A stretch of DNA of 64,000 nucleotides from Ostrea edulis (lineage: Eukaryota): the NCBI RefSeq assembly GCF_947568905.1, contig NC_079170.1, positions 14,198,001-14,262,000 of the forward strand, written 5' to 3'. The stretch's first letter is position 1, and every line of letters begins with the position of its first letter. Positions 1 through 12,536 of this stretch are shown piece by piece. Both the position numbers and the translations under genes were made by a program. The notes beneath the pieces were generated by a model that was not told the DNA's origin, did no database searches, and was given only the letters and a program-made list of their open reading frames with translations.

Positions 1-1671
1 TCTTAAAAAAACGTTGCAAATGAAAATTAACATTTGTTTGTTTTTATCAAAAACACGAATACGATTTACGATAAGGAATGTAATTGTATCCTATTATTTC
101 TCATTATTTCCAAATGAGTGGTTGAAATATGAGAATTATATAGGGAGGGGTATTATATAATTTCTTAATATTTGTTTTAGGAATTTTCTGTTTTTACCAA
201 TATAATTCAAATTAATTCAAACAGTAAATAGAAGCCTATTTTATATATGTTTTGTAAGTGTCCTTGAATGATTTCGTATAACACTTCAATCAATACTTTG
301 AAATTGAATCAAATGACGTGCCGTGACATTTTCTTTTTTCCGACATAAAATATTTCCCATGGATAAATTCAATAAAGTCATCCGACTTAAGGTGACTTTC
401 CAATGTTCATTGCTTTTTATACCTACCATCTTACATCAAAGTTACCGTTTACACATATATATGTAGCAGCATAGTGCAATGATGGCTTCAGAAATTATGT
501 AATGAAAGGTGATGATAGGGAAGAGTGATAAATCTCATAACTCCTAGAGGGAATATGAAATAGAAAGTTGTGCCAAGAAGGACTCATGTATATACCGGAA
601 ATGGGTTCAGTTTATTTGCTCATTCAGTTTCTGTAGTGCCAATCGAAGCATTCCAAGGTACTGAATGCTTCAAGCTACGATTGATAAATATACGACAAAA
701 TAGTCAGAATTGGAAGTGGAAATCCAACTCAGAATGTAATTAAAATCTTAAACAGGACAATACGAATATCTATAAAATTTTATGTAAAGACATTGGTCTC
801 AATAAGTTTATGGTTTGCATTTGCAACACTTTTAACTAATATCTTTAAGAATTCAATCATCAAAATCATAGACATGTTGTCTCAGCTGTGCAATTACTCA
901 TGTGTAAGGAAAGAAAAGAATATCGATAAAACTAAGCATGGCAGATAGCTTGTCAAATAGCGATTTGCAAAATAAAAGTGATTCATAAACTGGTAATGAT
1001 ATGTATTAAATTTATATGGGTCAAACTCTTCTGATAGTGCAATAGGAAATGTATTATGAACAATATTTTACATACTTTGGGTTGTAGAAAAAATACTTGA
1101 ATATGAATACCACAATAATAATTGCAATATAATTCATCAATATATAGATCTAATATACAATTGTATTTCTAACGTCTTTGACGGTAAATTGTTTTCATCA
1201 CAAATTTTAAAGAGTCCCATAATTTTTTTTCTCGACGGAAACTTTAAAAATTGATATTTGTATTACAAGGAGATAATTCAAGAATATATTATCCCTTCTA
1301 CATGTCTTAAACGGAGTGGTAAAAAGAAATAAACTAAAGCGGACAAAACCCTTTAATATATCATCATCACTATAAATTAATATACATGTACATAATATCA
1401 GATTCAAGAAATATTCGATATCCTTTTTTTATTTCCTGTTTCTACACGTACATTCTTTTGTTCATTTGGATTTAGTGAATTAGTTAATATACAGTTAAAC
1501 TGTATCGTATGATTTTCCTCCACCCCAATAGACATGTAATTCCTCATTCATACAATGAAAATTTACTCACGTATATAAATTTCCACAAGAGCAAATATAC
1601 TCACATAAGTAAAAAGTATATTTGTTACGAGTTCAGTCTAAGTTTAGATACCCTAATAAACTCACTTGTAT

Positions 1672-1950
1672 GCAAGGTGAAGATAACGAACAGTGATCAA
1701 TCTCATAACTCCTACAAGCAATACAAAATAAATAGTTGGGTAAACACGGACCCCTGGACACACCAGAGGTGGGATCAGGTGCCTAGGAGGAGTAAGCATC
1801 CCCTGTTGACCGGTCACACCAGCCGTAAGCCCTATATCCTGACCAGGTAAACGGAGTTATTCGCAGTCAAAATCAATATGCCAAGAAAGGCTTAACAATC
1901 GGTATGAAACACGTCAGACAGCATTTGACCCAATGTGAGGTTGTTTAATA
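1672..1950 (-). mobile_element. Penelope-like retroelement 3' fragment
   Basis: Reverse complement of 12860-13126. The empty site (cacttgtat^aatagagata) is seen in the paralogous unit at ~13200. Confidence 0.7.
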
Positions 1951-2039
1951 GACATAAATCGATTCAGAATTTCCAAATCATCAAGGCGCAGGAATTACCA
2001 TAGGATGTTCCAGAACGAGAGATGTTCGTAGAAAAGATC

Positions 2040-2290
2040 GTTCTAGTAAATGAAATGACAGCACCATCCTCACAGGCTTTGATGAAAATGACTGGAACGG
2101 AAACTTTCGGATGAGAAAGGATACTTTCTTTAAACTTTGGCAACAAACTAGAGAGTACCTTGGCACCTGACCCGCGGACTTTAGAGGTTTCGTTAAATGC
2201 AAAGAAAAAGTAGCTATTGCAATTTACCGGTTACCCCCCACTGTTGGATATCGGACAATTGAAAATTTAATTGCTATTGCTAAATTGCTG
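2040..2290 (+). pseudogene. Decayed PIF/Harbinger-type transposase fragment
   Basis: Reads FDENDWNGNFRMRKDTFFKL..*PADFR..KEKVAIAIYRLPPTVGYRTIENL, matching the N-terminal W.ENFRM..TF..LC / KVAIALY.LAT..YRTI pattern of Harbinger/HARBI1-like transposases. Contains an in-frame stop. Confidence 0.65.
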
Positions 2291-3008
2291 TCATGATTCT
2301 TTACATCAAATGCATATGTAAGTAAATATACTCTGCGTTCATTAAAAAAAACACTCAGGAGCAGAACATTTGCAACAACATACGATTAAAATTCAATCGA
2401 TACTTATTTTCGAGTAGAAAACACCTATTGTTTAACTCCTATAGAAATGCTACCAGTTTTAAGTAATGTGCAATAATGTTTTACTTGTGAATGTCGCTCT
2501 AGTTGAAGTAATGATGCTTCTTGATCGTGCAAACGCATTCTGTAATACGATTCTTCATGGTGAATGTCATATCCAAAATATATGATACTTTTATTTATCG
2601 TATTAAAGCTGTGTGTGTCTCGGATCTGAATTTTGAACTACATATCAGAAAGACCCGTGATCTTCACCTCCAATCATTGAAAAGAAACTGTCACAACCTA
2701 CGTTACACATTTTAGCTTTGACAAATTGCTGCGATCAAGAATCGAACACTCATTTTGCTAGCTGATTGACTTAACCATTCGGCTACCGTGACAGGTATTC
2801 ATTAATGGAATTACATATCTGGTGAAGGATATGATTTAAGAAACGTGAAATTTAAATGGCATAACAGATTATGTTAATTTGTCAACTCCTTTGAGGCACT
2901 GGTGTAAATGCTTTTCTGGATTTTGACTACCGGTGATTGAAAGAAAATCACTTCATTCCTCAAGGAATTCACTACATATACAGATTTACAAATCAATAAG
3001 TCGCATAT

Positions 3009-3100
3009 GAAAGGTGAAGATAACGAATACTGATCAATCTCATAACTCCAATGAGCAATACAAAATAGATTGTTGGGCAAACACGGACCCCTGGACATAG
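3009..3100 (-). mobile_element. Penelope-like 3'-end fragment (internally deleted)
   Basis: tgaaaggtgaagataacga..gatcaatctcataactcc..gggcaaacacggacccctgg; the longer homolog is at 15215-15238 plus 17634-17985. Confidence 0.6.
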
Positions 3101-3698
3101 TAGTCTGCCTTGATTTAAAAACAGACCTTATGCAGAACAAGCTCTTGCGTATCGAGTCAGTTGAGAGATAGAAACACCACATGCAGGTGGTAATGGAATA
3201 TTGCAATGTAAATATGGAACGTTGATGATAAATATGCTGAAATCATCCCGTTTGTCTAAATTTAAGTTGTTAGTAAATAATAATGATTAACAGAACTGGG
3301 GGCGGGTACAGGTCTGGTGATGGCAACATTTAAATTGTACATGCTATTCTTTTTTTACTTGACGAACCGACGTGATATGTCCCATTCACATTGAAAGTAC
3401 AATATGGATTGCGATGATAAGGCATGTTATATATTAACGCTATTCTGCATTATGCAAAGCAATGTAAATGACCTGTAGGTGATTAGAGATGAGTATGGAC
3501 GCAATGGTTTTGCGGTCCGTTTTAAACTTAGTTACACAATGCCTTTAATGTCAATGTTTAATATTTCCGTTTGATTTAGAATCCTTTGCGAAGTTTGCAT
3601 GTAAAATGTATATATGACTTATAATATTTATCGTGCTCATAACAGAATAATTGATTGTTTCTCCAGTGGCGAAAAATACAATTCAGTAAGTGTATAAT

Positions 3699-3704
3699 TT
3701 TATT
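3699..3704 (-). terminator. Putative polyadenylation signal (AATAAA) of copy 1
   Basis: AATAAA on the minus strand ~145 nt after the stop; conserved in copies 2 and 3. Confidence 0.55.
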
Positions 3705-3845
3705 CAAAATGTGTATTTAAAAAAGTATGTATAGCATATGGAATAAACGAATAAATAAATAAAACAAATAAATACAGGCATGACATAAAAACATAAGTAG
3801 AAGGATAATTCGATTTCATGTAAAACTAGAAAGACATTCGAAATG

Positions 3846-5204
3846 TTAGTCATCTTCTTCATGTTCAACACACATATTGTGTACAGGATGGAATATTCTT
3901 GGTTTGTCGTCCACTGCAGATGGACATCTTCCTTGGAATACCACTCTCTCATCCTGACAGACGACGAAATACGGTGATCTTTCTCGACCTCTCCAGGGGT
4001 TAAGACCGTCTGGTGATCCTTTACAGCTCGGGAAGCGGACGTGACATGGAATACAGTGAGCAGATCTACAGTGGTTGTCTTCATAGTCACCTGTAATGAA
4101 GAAAATGTTTCTTTAGCAGCATTTCATGATATTACAAAGTTTTCAGTATAGAGTGTATATGTGCACCTGATGCGTAAACAGAATGAGAAAAATACCATAT
4201 TCCAAAAAGTAGATAAGTACACGATTGTTTTAATTTTTTGCAAGATCGTTTATATCAATTGGTTTGTCGTTTTAGCTTAGTGGATAAAGCATTGGTTACA
4301 CATAAGTTACTCACAGATATCAAGTACAAACATTCCAGAGCTTTTTTTGTTTATATCCAATTCAATTATATTTCTAAAATCACATTTTCTATCCAAAATC
4401 TCATTGTTTCTGTCATTTGACACATAACCTTAACAAATATCACATCATTAGTAATTGAATAATTCCATGCTGATTTGATAAACTCATTCAAGGAGTAGTG
4501 AACTACCAGCATATGACTCTTCATTTTGAAATGCTTTGTATCGCTCTCTTATCTGATATTTATTCACTTCAATTGAATTTCCTCATTATATAATGTACAC
4601 TGTATATTGACTTTATGACAATATATAACTTACAGGCATCTTTTGGTTCATATCGAGTTCCACATTGCACCATGCTGAAATGATCACATCTCTGGGATTC
4701 GACATCAAACAATAGTGGAAATGGACATTCCGTTAGCTTTGGATTTCCTTCAAGGATTTTGTTTTCACAGTCGTAATATCTGGCACAGTTTTCAGCATAT
4801 TCTAACTTTTTGTCTGATGGAAATGTGCAGTTTCCTTCAGTAGACTGGAGTATTTGTATGCCTATCAATATATATAATACAAATTCTATTGAATTCTATA
4901 ATTATTGAGAAACAATCATAAGAATAAAGAGTCTTCAAAGTGAAAAGTAAATATGTGAAGAACGTGATTTTTAGAACTTACATGTGTCTAGAGGTGATCC
5001 TTTAGGAACACACGATCGGGAAGCTGCATTTACTACAAAGTCATCCGGGCACTTGAACGAAAATTCTTTCCCATCTCTAAGAATGTAAAACGTGGAACAA
5101 TCCTCTGGGTCCATCCTGAAATCTGTGTCTGATTTATATAATACTTTGGATTCTGCAAAGCAGCATAAAGAAACACAAAGTGCAGATAGCAAAACGGCCT
5201 CCAT
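3846..5204 (-). CDS. Secreted chitin-binding (CBM14/peritrophin-A-like) protein, tandem copy 1; complement(join(3846..4090,4634..4861,4982..5204)), 231 aa
   Basis: Exons are 223+228+245 nt = 696 nt, in frame. Both introns are GT-AG (T|gtaag donors; atag|GC and acag|GT acceptors) and phase 1. The N-terminus is hydrophobic and signal-like (MEAVLLSALCVSLCCFAES). Motifs: DPEDCSTFY..CP..C..C; ENCARYYDC..ECPFPLLFD..RCDHF..C; last exon DYEDNHCRSAHCIPC..EEDD-stop. The supplied ORF 3704..4090 is the wrong frame of exon 3. Confidence 0.9.
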
Positions 5205-5298
5205 GGTTCCTGGTTCTTAAGATATCAGAGTTGAAGTCAACCTAAGTTGTAAAGTTAAAATACTTTGTACTACTTACTCGGTAAAGACTCTACAGCTG

Positions 5299-5306
5299 CA
5301 TTTATA
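5299..5306 (-). promoter_or_regulatory. TATA box of copy 1
   Basis: TATAAATG on the minus strand ~95-100 nt upstream of the ATG; position conserved in copies 2 and 3. Confidence 0.65.
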
Positions 5307-7006
5307 AGATGTTCCATCCCACGTTTAAAGTCAGTTTACATTGTAAGTGTGTGGTTAGGAATCTGTTGGCCATTTTTAGACAATGAGTGGGTCGGAAGTG
5401 AATATTTTAGGACACGATGAAACGCTAGAGTGACTTTCCAATTTTCATTCATTAGATAAAGAAATCGATGTGCTTAGGACGATGCCGGGAAACAGGTGTA
5501 TTCATTACCATTTTTGGAATGTGAGGTGTATTTCTTACATCGGCACGTTGATATCAGAATAAAGATAACGTTCTCATTAATAACCCACTCAATGCTAATT
5601 GATACGTTCAAATTCACTTTCATTTTCTACAAACAAACTCTTTTCTTAGATATTTTGCAAACAAAATGCATTTTGTTTTTGTTTTCATGAATACAATGAA
5701 CAAAATTTTCCGTATGGAATACAGCTTCCTCCAGTGAATTCTCAATTATTTTCGACATAGTGAACGAAATGTTTGAATTAGAAATGGAGAAGAAATATAA
5801 AATTCCCTATTATTTGTTTTAGTAATTTCATATTTACATTTATTACATCCAAATGAAACTAAACAATACATAGAAACCTTTTCTTCTACTTTGTCCTTAA
5901 ATGATTTATGTGATGTTTTGATGATGTTTTTAAAACTACCTTTGGGGATGAATGAATTGGCACACCAATATATTCTCTCTACTTCTTAAATTAGATTTTC
6001 CCCTAGATAAATTCAAAAAGTCATCCGACCTCAGATCAATACACGATGTTAATTGATTTTTCTAACTATATACCGTTCGATAATTCTATACATCAAAATA
6101 CTTTCTCTATTCACACATGTACATGTACATGTAACATGGTTTAGTGCATTAATACCTTCAGAAATCGTGTAGTTTTAGCTTATTTGCTAATCCGATGTTC
6201 GCAGGGCCAACCGAAGCATGGCTGCTCAAACTATATTTGTCAGCATAAATATAAAACCAAACGATTCGGAATCGACACAAATTATTTCGAAGGGGAAACT
6301 CAATTCAGAATAAAATTAAGTTTAAAAGAGAATGATACGAATATATACAAAAATTGATTTGAGGAAACTAGTCTGAAAAAATTTATGCTATGCAATTGCA
6401 CACTGTAGAGTTGCTTGGAAATACGGATATATATTCAATTCTTGTGATAATATTTAGAAATTCATTCCAAAATTAAGAATTATCTCCCTCATGCAAAGCT
6501 CTGATCCTTAGACGAATTTGACTCCAGTCTTTTGCACTCGTTTTTAGTTGTTGTTTTTTTTAATTTATTGTTATTCGGGATTTCCAATAGTTCGGCTTGA
6601 GCATTACGGAAGAGACATTATATGTCGAAATGCACATCCGGTGCATCAAAATTGGCACCGTATAAGTTTTACATTCATTAATTTCTCGTAGAATTGAAAA
6701 CAATCTAGATTGTAGACGTAATGTACCAGTTGTGCATTAATCAAATCTAAGTAAAGAGACGTACATTAATAAAACTAAGCATAGCAGATAGCTTGTCATA
6801 CTTCAATTTGTAAACTGAAAGTGATTCAGAAATTGGTAATGATATTCAATATAAATGAATAGGTCAAGATCCTCTGATAGTTCAGCGAGAAATGTATCGT
6901 GAACAATCTAAAGGTAATACGGATATTTTACATAAAATGAATTGTAGGAGGAATACTTAAATATGTACACCACAATTAGCATCACGGTATAATTCATCAA
7001 TATATA

Positions 7007-7713
7007 TGTAAGACTCTAAAGTGCAATGGGACTCCAAAGTGCGATGGTCACGCCAAAGTGCGATGGTCTGCGCCAAATCCCGATGGTGTGACACGCCAAA
7101 GTGCGATGTTCCACACTCATGCTCCAAAGTGCGATGGTCTGATTCGCCAAAGTGCGATGGTGTGACTAGCCGAAATCCATTGGTTTGTAAAGGACACGGT
7201 GTTTTGGTAGACTGAACTAACCGTGTGTTGTTTCACAAAAATGTCAGTGCAAAATCCATGCACAAAAAATAAGAATAAGAACTTATTTCATTATCATCTA
7301 GTTATCGTGTTATTAAACACAAAATTAGCCAACGCAAAATCGTATAGAATGTTTTGTATTATAGCATACCCCCAGGAATTTAATGCATGTACGTCAAAGT
7401 AATAAATGATAATGAATTAAAGAATGTTTGGGCGAAGTAGATAATTCAACAACAAATGTACTTTGCCTTTCTCACTATCCTCAGCAGTGTAAATTTTGCC
7501 GTTGCTGTCGTATATGTTGCATTTCTTCGGTTTTAGTTTGAAAGACGTTAAGAATGACGTCACAATGACGTGACGTCACAAACGTTACTGGACTCCGCAC
7601 CATCGGACTTTGGCGTGGCCATCGCACTTTGGCGTCCGTAACGTTAACAAACCATCACACTTTGGCGCAGACCATCGCACTTTGGAGCGACCATCGGACT
7701 TTAGAGTCTTACA
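7007..7713. mobile_element. Non-autonomous foldback-type DNA transposon (TGT...ACA ends, TIRs built from ~17-bp subrepeats)
   Basis: Termini tgtaagactctaaagt / actttagagtcttaca. Repeats cgccaaagtgcgatggt on the left and their reverse complement on the right. The empty site at ~1140 implies a TATA duplication. Confidence 0.8.
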
Positions 7714-8329
7714 TATATATCTAATATACAATTGTATTTCTAACTTCCTTGATGGTAAATTGTGTTCGTAGCAATATCTAAAGTGATAGCCATTTTTTCT
7801 TGACGGAAACATCAAGCAATGCCATTGTGTTACAAGGAGATAAATTATGAATAAATCATCATTTTCAAATGTCTTACACGGAGTGATAAAAGGAAATAAA
7901 CAAAAGCGGGGAGAGTCCATTAATCTACAATCACCAATATATATATCAATAAGTTTTCATCGATACATATAATATCAATTTCAAAAACGTTGCGATGTCT
8001 ATATTTGTATTTGCTATTTCTAAACGTAAATTCTTTCGCTGATTTTTTTTTTAGTCAATTAGCTATAATATACAGTTGAAATAAATCGTAAAAATTTTCT
8101 GCAACTTAATACACATTCAATACCCCATTCATACGACGAATATGTAAATATGTATATAAATGTCCACATGAGTAATTAAACTCATATAAGTACAAGTATT
8201 TTGCTACGCATTCAGTTGAAGTTTAAATAACGTAAATAGATCCTCATAAAAATCACTTGTAAAATAGAGAGGGATAGATTCAAATGTGTTGCTTTTCATA
8301 CAAAAACCCTCGAATTTCCATATTATTTA

Positions 8330-8470
8330 AGCGCGGGGACAAGAATATTCGTGGGAAAGATAGTTCTACCGAATGGAATAACAATTCTATCCTCACGGGC
8401 TTTGAAGACAATGACTCGTACGAAAACTTTCGTATCAAAATGGACACTTTAAACTTTTTCAAACACTCCA
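8330..8470 (+). pseudogene. Harbinger transposase fragment (paralog of 2040-2290)
   Basis: ILTGFEDNDSYENFRIKMDTLNF. Confidence 0.55.
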
Positions 8471-8792
8471 TTTGCTAGCTGATCGACCAAACCACTCGGC
8501 TACCGTGAAAGGTATTCATCAATGGAATATACATGTACAGTGTAGTATATTATATCTGGTGAATGAAATAATTTAAGAAATCTGAAATATAAATCGTATA
8601 GGAGAGTACGTATATTTGTCAACTCATTTGAGACATTGGCGTATTTGCCTTTCATAGATTTTCAATACCGATCATTGAAAGAAAATTACTTCATTGATCT
8701 AGGACACAAATTTGAATTCTCTACAGATAGAAATTTACCAGGCATTAAGTCACATAAGGAATTATTAATTGAAAATAGTTGTCACTTTAACA

Positions 8793-9100
8793 TATGAAAG
8801 GCGAAAATAACGAACAGTGATCAATCCCATAATTTCTAAAAGTAATATATATAGACCTTCATACAAGGTATGCTGATGTGAAGCCATTTAATTGAGACCC
8901 TGATAAAAATAAAAGTCATTTTTTATATTTTATATTTAATAAGACATTTGAATATAAAAATGAAAATATTACCAGAGAATATAATATCATATTTCTGTCT
9001 TTGTGTTTTAAAAAGGCTTATGAAAGGTGAAAATAACAAATAGTGATCGATCTCATAACTCCTATAAGCAATACAAAATAGATAGTTGGGCACACACATG
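8793..9100 (-). mobile_element. Two short Penelope-like 3'-end fragments (~8793-8840 and ~9020-9100)
   Basis: tgaaagg(c/t)gaaaataac..agtgatc..tctcataactcc motif shared with the other copies. Confidence 0.5.
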
Positions 9101-9304
9101 GACAATACATGTAATAGTTCATGGCCTGAATGAATGAACTTCATAACTTCAAAATCAGAAATACTTGCCAACGACCGTAAAGGTGAAAATTAACTCTACT
9201 AATCTATGATATTTATAATTTACAGAACGATGACCGAATCCAGGATCCTGGATGGGAGAATTTAAATAGTAAATGCTATTTTGTTTCTGTTATTCATATT
9301 ATAC

Positions 9305-9537
9305 GTCCTAAGTATTCCATTACTTGTCGTAAGAGCCGACTAAACGGGGCGGTCCTTGGAATAAGACCGCAAAAACTGAGGCCCCGTATCACAGCATGTG
9401 TGCCATGATAAAGATCCCTCCCTGCTCAATGACCATAAGCGCTGAGCATTGGCCTAAATTTTGCAGCCCTTCACCGGCAATGGTGACGTCAGCATATGAG
9501 TGAAATATTCTCGAGCGGGACTTTAATCAATCAATCA
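9305..9537 (+). mobile_element. SINE, 5'-truncated
   Basis: Core gaccgcaaaaactgaggcccc..gataaagatccctccctgctc..cctaaattttgcagcccttcacc; (aatc)n tail. Confidence 0.8.
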
Positions 9538-10098
9538 CAGTAGACATAGGAATTCCGATGCACAAACAATGCTTAATGTTGTTCTGCATTGTGCAAAGCG
9601 ATGTAACTGGGTTCTAAGTGATTAGAAATATGTATGAACGCAACACCTGTGGTCCTTTACGATTTGAAATTTTAAGAGAAATTTTGATAACCATGAGAAT
9701 ATTGATTTTAATACCATCATTTATTTACATGGGCGAGTTCTCTCAATACATGCAGTAAATGACATTTTCATTGTAAAACGCAAAAAGAAATAATATTAGT
9801 TGCATGATAGAAATTTCTTTGCATTTGCATCAACCCTATACATGCATTATCTTACAGAATAACACCTTCACTGTCATCCATCAATTATAATCTTTAACAA
9901 TATCGGGGTTATACACTCCCGCTACACTTAGTTGTACAATGACTTTCAATGTCATTGCTTAATGATATTGTTTGCTTTAGACTCATTACCGAATTTAGCA
10001 CGTAGAATTTATGTACGACTAATTATATCTATCATATACACGACGGATGCATTGGTTGTTTCTCCATTGGCAAAAATACAATACAATTAATTTATAAT

Positions 10099-10104
10099 TT
10101 TATT
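10099..10104 (-). terminator. Putative polyadenylation signal of copy 2
   Basis: Homologous AATAAA. Confidence 0.55.
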
Positions 10105-10246
10105 CAAAATGTGTATAAAAAACAAATATGTATAAAATTTGCAATAACATAACAAATAAATAAAACAAATAAATACAGGCATTGCAGTAAGTCATCAGTA
10201 AAAGGATGATGTGATTTCATGCAAAACTGGAAAGACATTCGAAATA

Positions 10247-11652
10247 TTAGTCATCTTGTTCATATTCAACACACATATTGTGCACAGGATGGAATATTCT
10301 TGGTTTGTCGTCCACTGCATATGGACATTTTCCTTGGAATACCATCCTCTCATCCTTACAGACGACAAAATATGGTGACCTCTCTCGACCTTTCCAGGGG
10401 TTAAGGCCGTCTGGTGATCCTTTACAGCTTGGGAAGCGGACGTGACATGGAATACAGTGAGCAGATCTACAGTGGTTGCCTTCATAGTCACCTGTATCGA
10501 AAACAACGTTTTATTTAGCAGTCCTTCGTTATAATACAATGTGTGTTCATATAGAGTTTACAGGTGCACCCGATGCTTATACTGACTAACAAAAAACTAC
10601 CATGTTCAAAATAGATCATTACACCAAGACTTATATTTTTATGACACTACTTCTGAAGATGTTGATTGAAATGTATTGTAATTGTAAGATTGTTCATATT
10701 AATGAATTTTTACTATCAACAAAGCTAAGAGGATAAAGCATCGGTTACACGTGACTTAACAACATATCTCAATTTCAAACCCGCCGGGGTCTTCTTGTTT
10801 ATCTCCATTGCAATATTTTTTGAACTAAAGATTTTTATCTAACATTGCATCGTTTTTGTCATTTGACACATAACCTTCACAGATGTCATATCTTTCACGC
10901 TTGTGTAATTCCAAACTGACTTGATAAACTCAAGGTGTAGTGGGTAACTTTGATATTATTCTTCATTTTGAATTGCTTTGTATCCTAATTCTAGGTAATA
11001 ATCATTCACTTCAAATGAATTTTCTTATTATATAATGTATATTGACTTCGTGACAATAAAAAACTTACAGGCATCTTTTGGTTCATATCGACTTCCACAT
11101 TGCACCATGCTGAAATGATCACATCGCTGGGCTTTGACATCAAATAATAGTGGAAATTGACATTCCGTTAGCTTTGGTGTTCCCTCAGAATTTTTGTTTT
11201 CACAGTCGTAATATCTGGCACAGTTTCCAGCATATTCTAACTTTTTGTCGGATGGAAATGTGCAGTTTCCTTCAGTAGACTGGAGTATTTTTACGCCTGT
11301 CAATGTATATAGTTATATTTCTATTAATTTACAAACAATTTTAAAAACAATGATAAAGATATAGGCATTTCATCACGTGTATTCAAAGTGAAAAGTAGAT
11401 ATATGAAGAACGTGACTTTTAGAACTTACATGTGTCGAGAAGCGATCCTTTAGGAACACACGATCGAGCCGCTGCATTTACCACGAACTCATCCGGGCAC
11501 TTGAACGAAACTTCCCTCCCCTCGTTAAGAATGTAGAAGGTGGAACAATCATCTGGGTCCACCCTGAAATTTGTGTCTGTTTTATGCAGTACAGCGGACT
11601 CTGCAAAGCAGAATAAAGAAACACAAAGTGCAGATAGTAAAACGGTGTTCAT
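10247..11652 (-). CDS. Secreted chitin-binding (CBM14-like) protein, tandem copy 2; complement(join(10247..10491,11069..11296,11430..11652)), 231 aa
   Basis: Same exon lengths (223/228/245), same phase-1 GT-AG junctions, no internal stops; exon 3 ends EYEQDD-TAA. Confidence 0.9.
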
Positions 11653-11750
11653 GATTATTGGTTCTAAAACGTCAGTCAGAGCAGAAGATAATGTAAGTCG
11701 TAACGTGAAGTTGTTTCGTATTACTTATTCAGCAAAGACTCTGTAACTCC

Positions 11751-11757
11751 ATTTATA
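11751..11757 (-). promoter_or_regulatory. TATA box of copy 2
   Basis: TATAAAT at the homologous position. Confidence 0.65.
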
Positions 11758-12409
11758 AGATGTTCCATCCTACGATTCAAGTCAGTTTACACTGTAGGTG
11801 TGTGGTTAGCAAACAGTTCGCCATTTTTAAACAAGGAGTGAATCAGAAGTGAATCTTCTAGAACATGATGAAATGCTAGAGTAACTTTCCCATTTTCATT
11901 CATCACATCAGAAATCGATATACTGAGGACGGGTAACACACGTCTTCATTACCATTTTTGGAATGCAAGGTGTATTACTTACATTGGCACGTTGACATCC
12001 AAATGAAGATAACGTTTACATCAATGAGAAACGCAATGACAATTGATAGAGGTACAAACTCTAAATTGTTAAAAATTCATTATCACTTGACGACACATTC
12101 TACAAACAAATTGTTCTCTTAAAATGGATGCAAATGAAAATTAACATTTGTTTGTTTTTATCAATAACACGAATACGATTTACCATATGGAATGTAATTT
12201 CTCCTATTATTTCTTAATCATTTCCAAATTGGTGGTTGAAATGTGAGAATTTTATATGATATAATTTCTTAATATTTGTTTTAGGAATTTTCTGGTTTTA
12301 CTAATAGCATTCAAATTAATGCAAACAATATATAGAAGCCTTTTTCATATATGTTGTGTAAGTATCCTTGAATTATTTCGTATAACACTTCCAACAATAC
12401 TTTACATTT

Positions 12410-12430
12410 TATATATATATATATATATAC

Positions 12431-12492
<62 letters not shown>
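12410..12492. repeat. Compound (AT)n(GT)n microsatellite
   Basis: Directly visible; generates the spurious THTH/VCVC ORFs. Confidence 0.95.
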
Positions 12493-12498
<6 letters not shown>

Positions 12499-12536
12499 GC
12501 ATAATGCAGTGATGGCTTCAGAAATTATGTAATGAA

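Noticed and set aside
3704-4090. Supplied ORFs MTMKTTTVDLL.. (also 10195..10539 and 19534..19815) as separate proteins
   Set aside because: These are alternative frames over exon 3; the spliced frame preserves the cysteine pattern shared with copy 4.
5270-5282. GTAAGT donor suggesting a 5' UTR intron in copy 1
   Set aside because: The GT is not conserved in copies 2 and 3 (ATAAGT), and it lies at about the expected start site.
12311-12504. THTH/VCVC ORFs (and YIYI ORFs at 24057-24414)
   Set aside because: Products of dinucleotide microsatellites.
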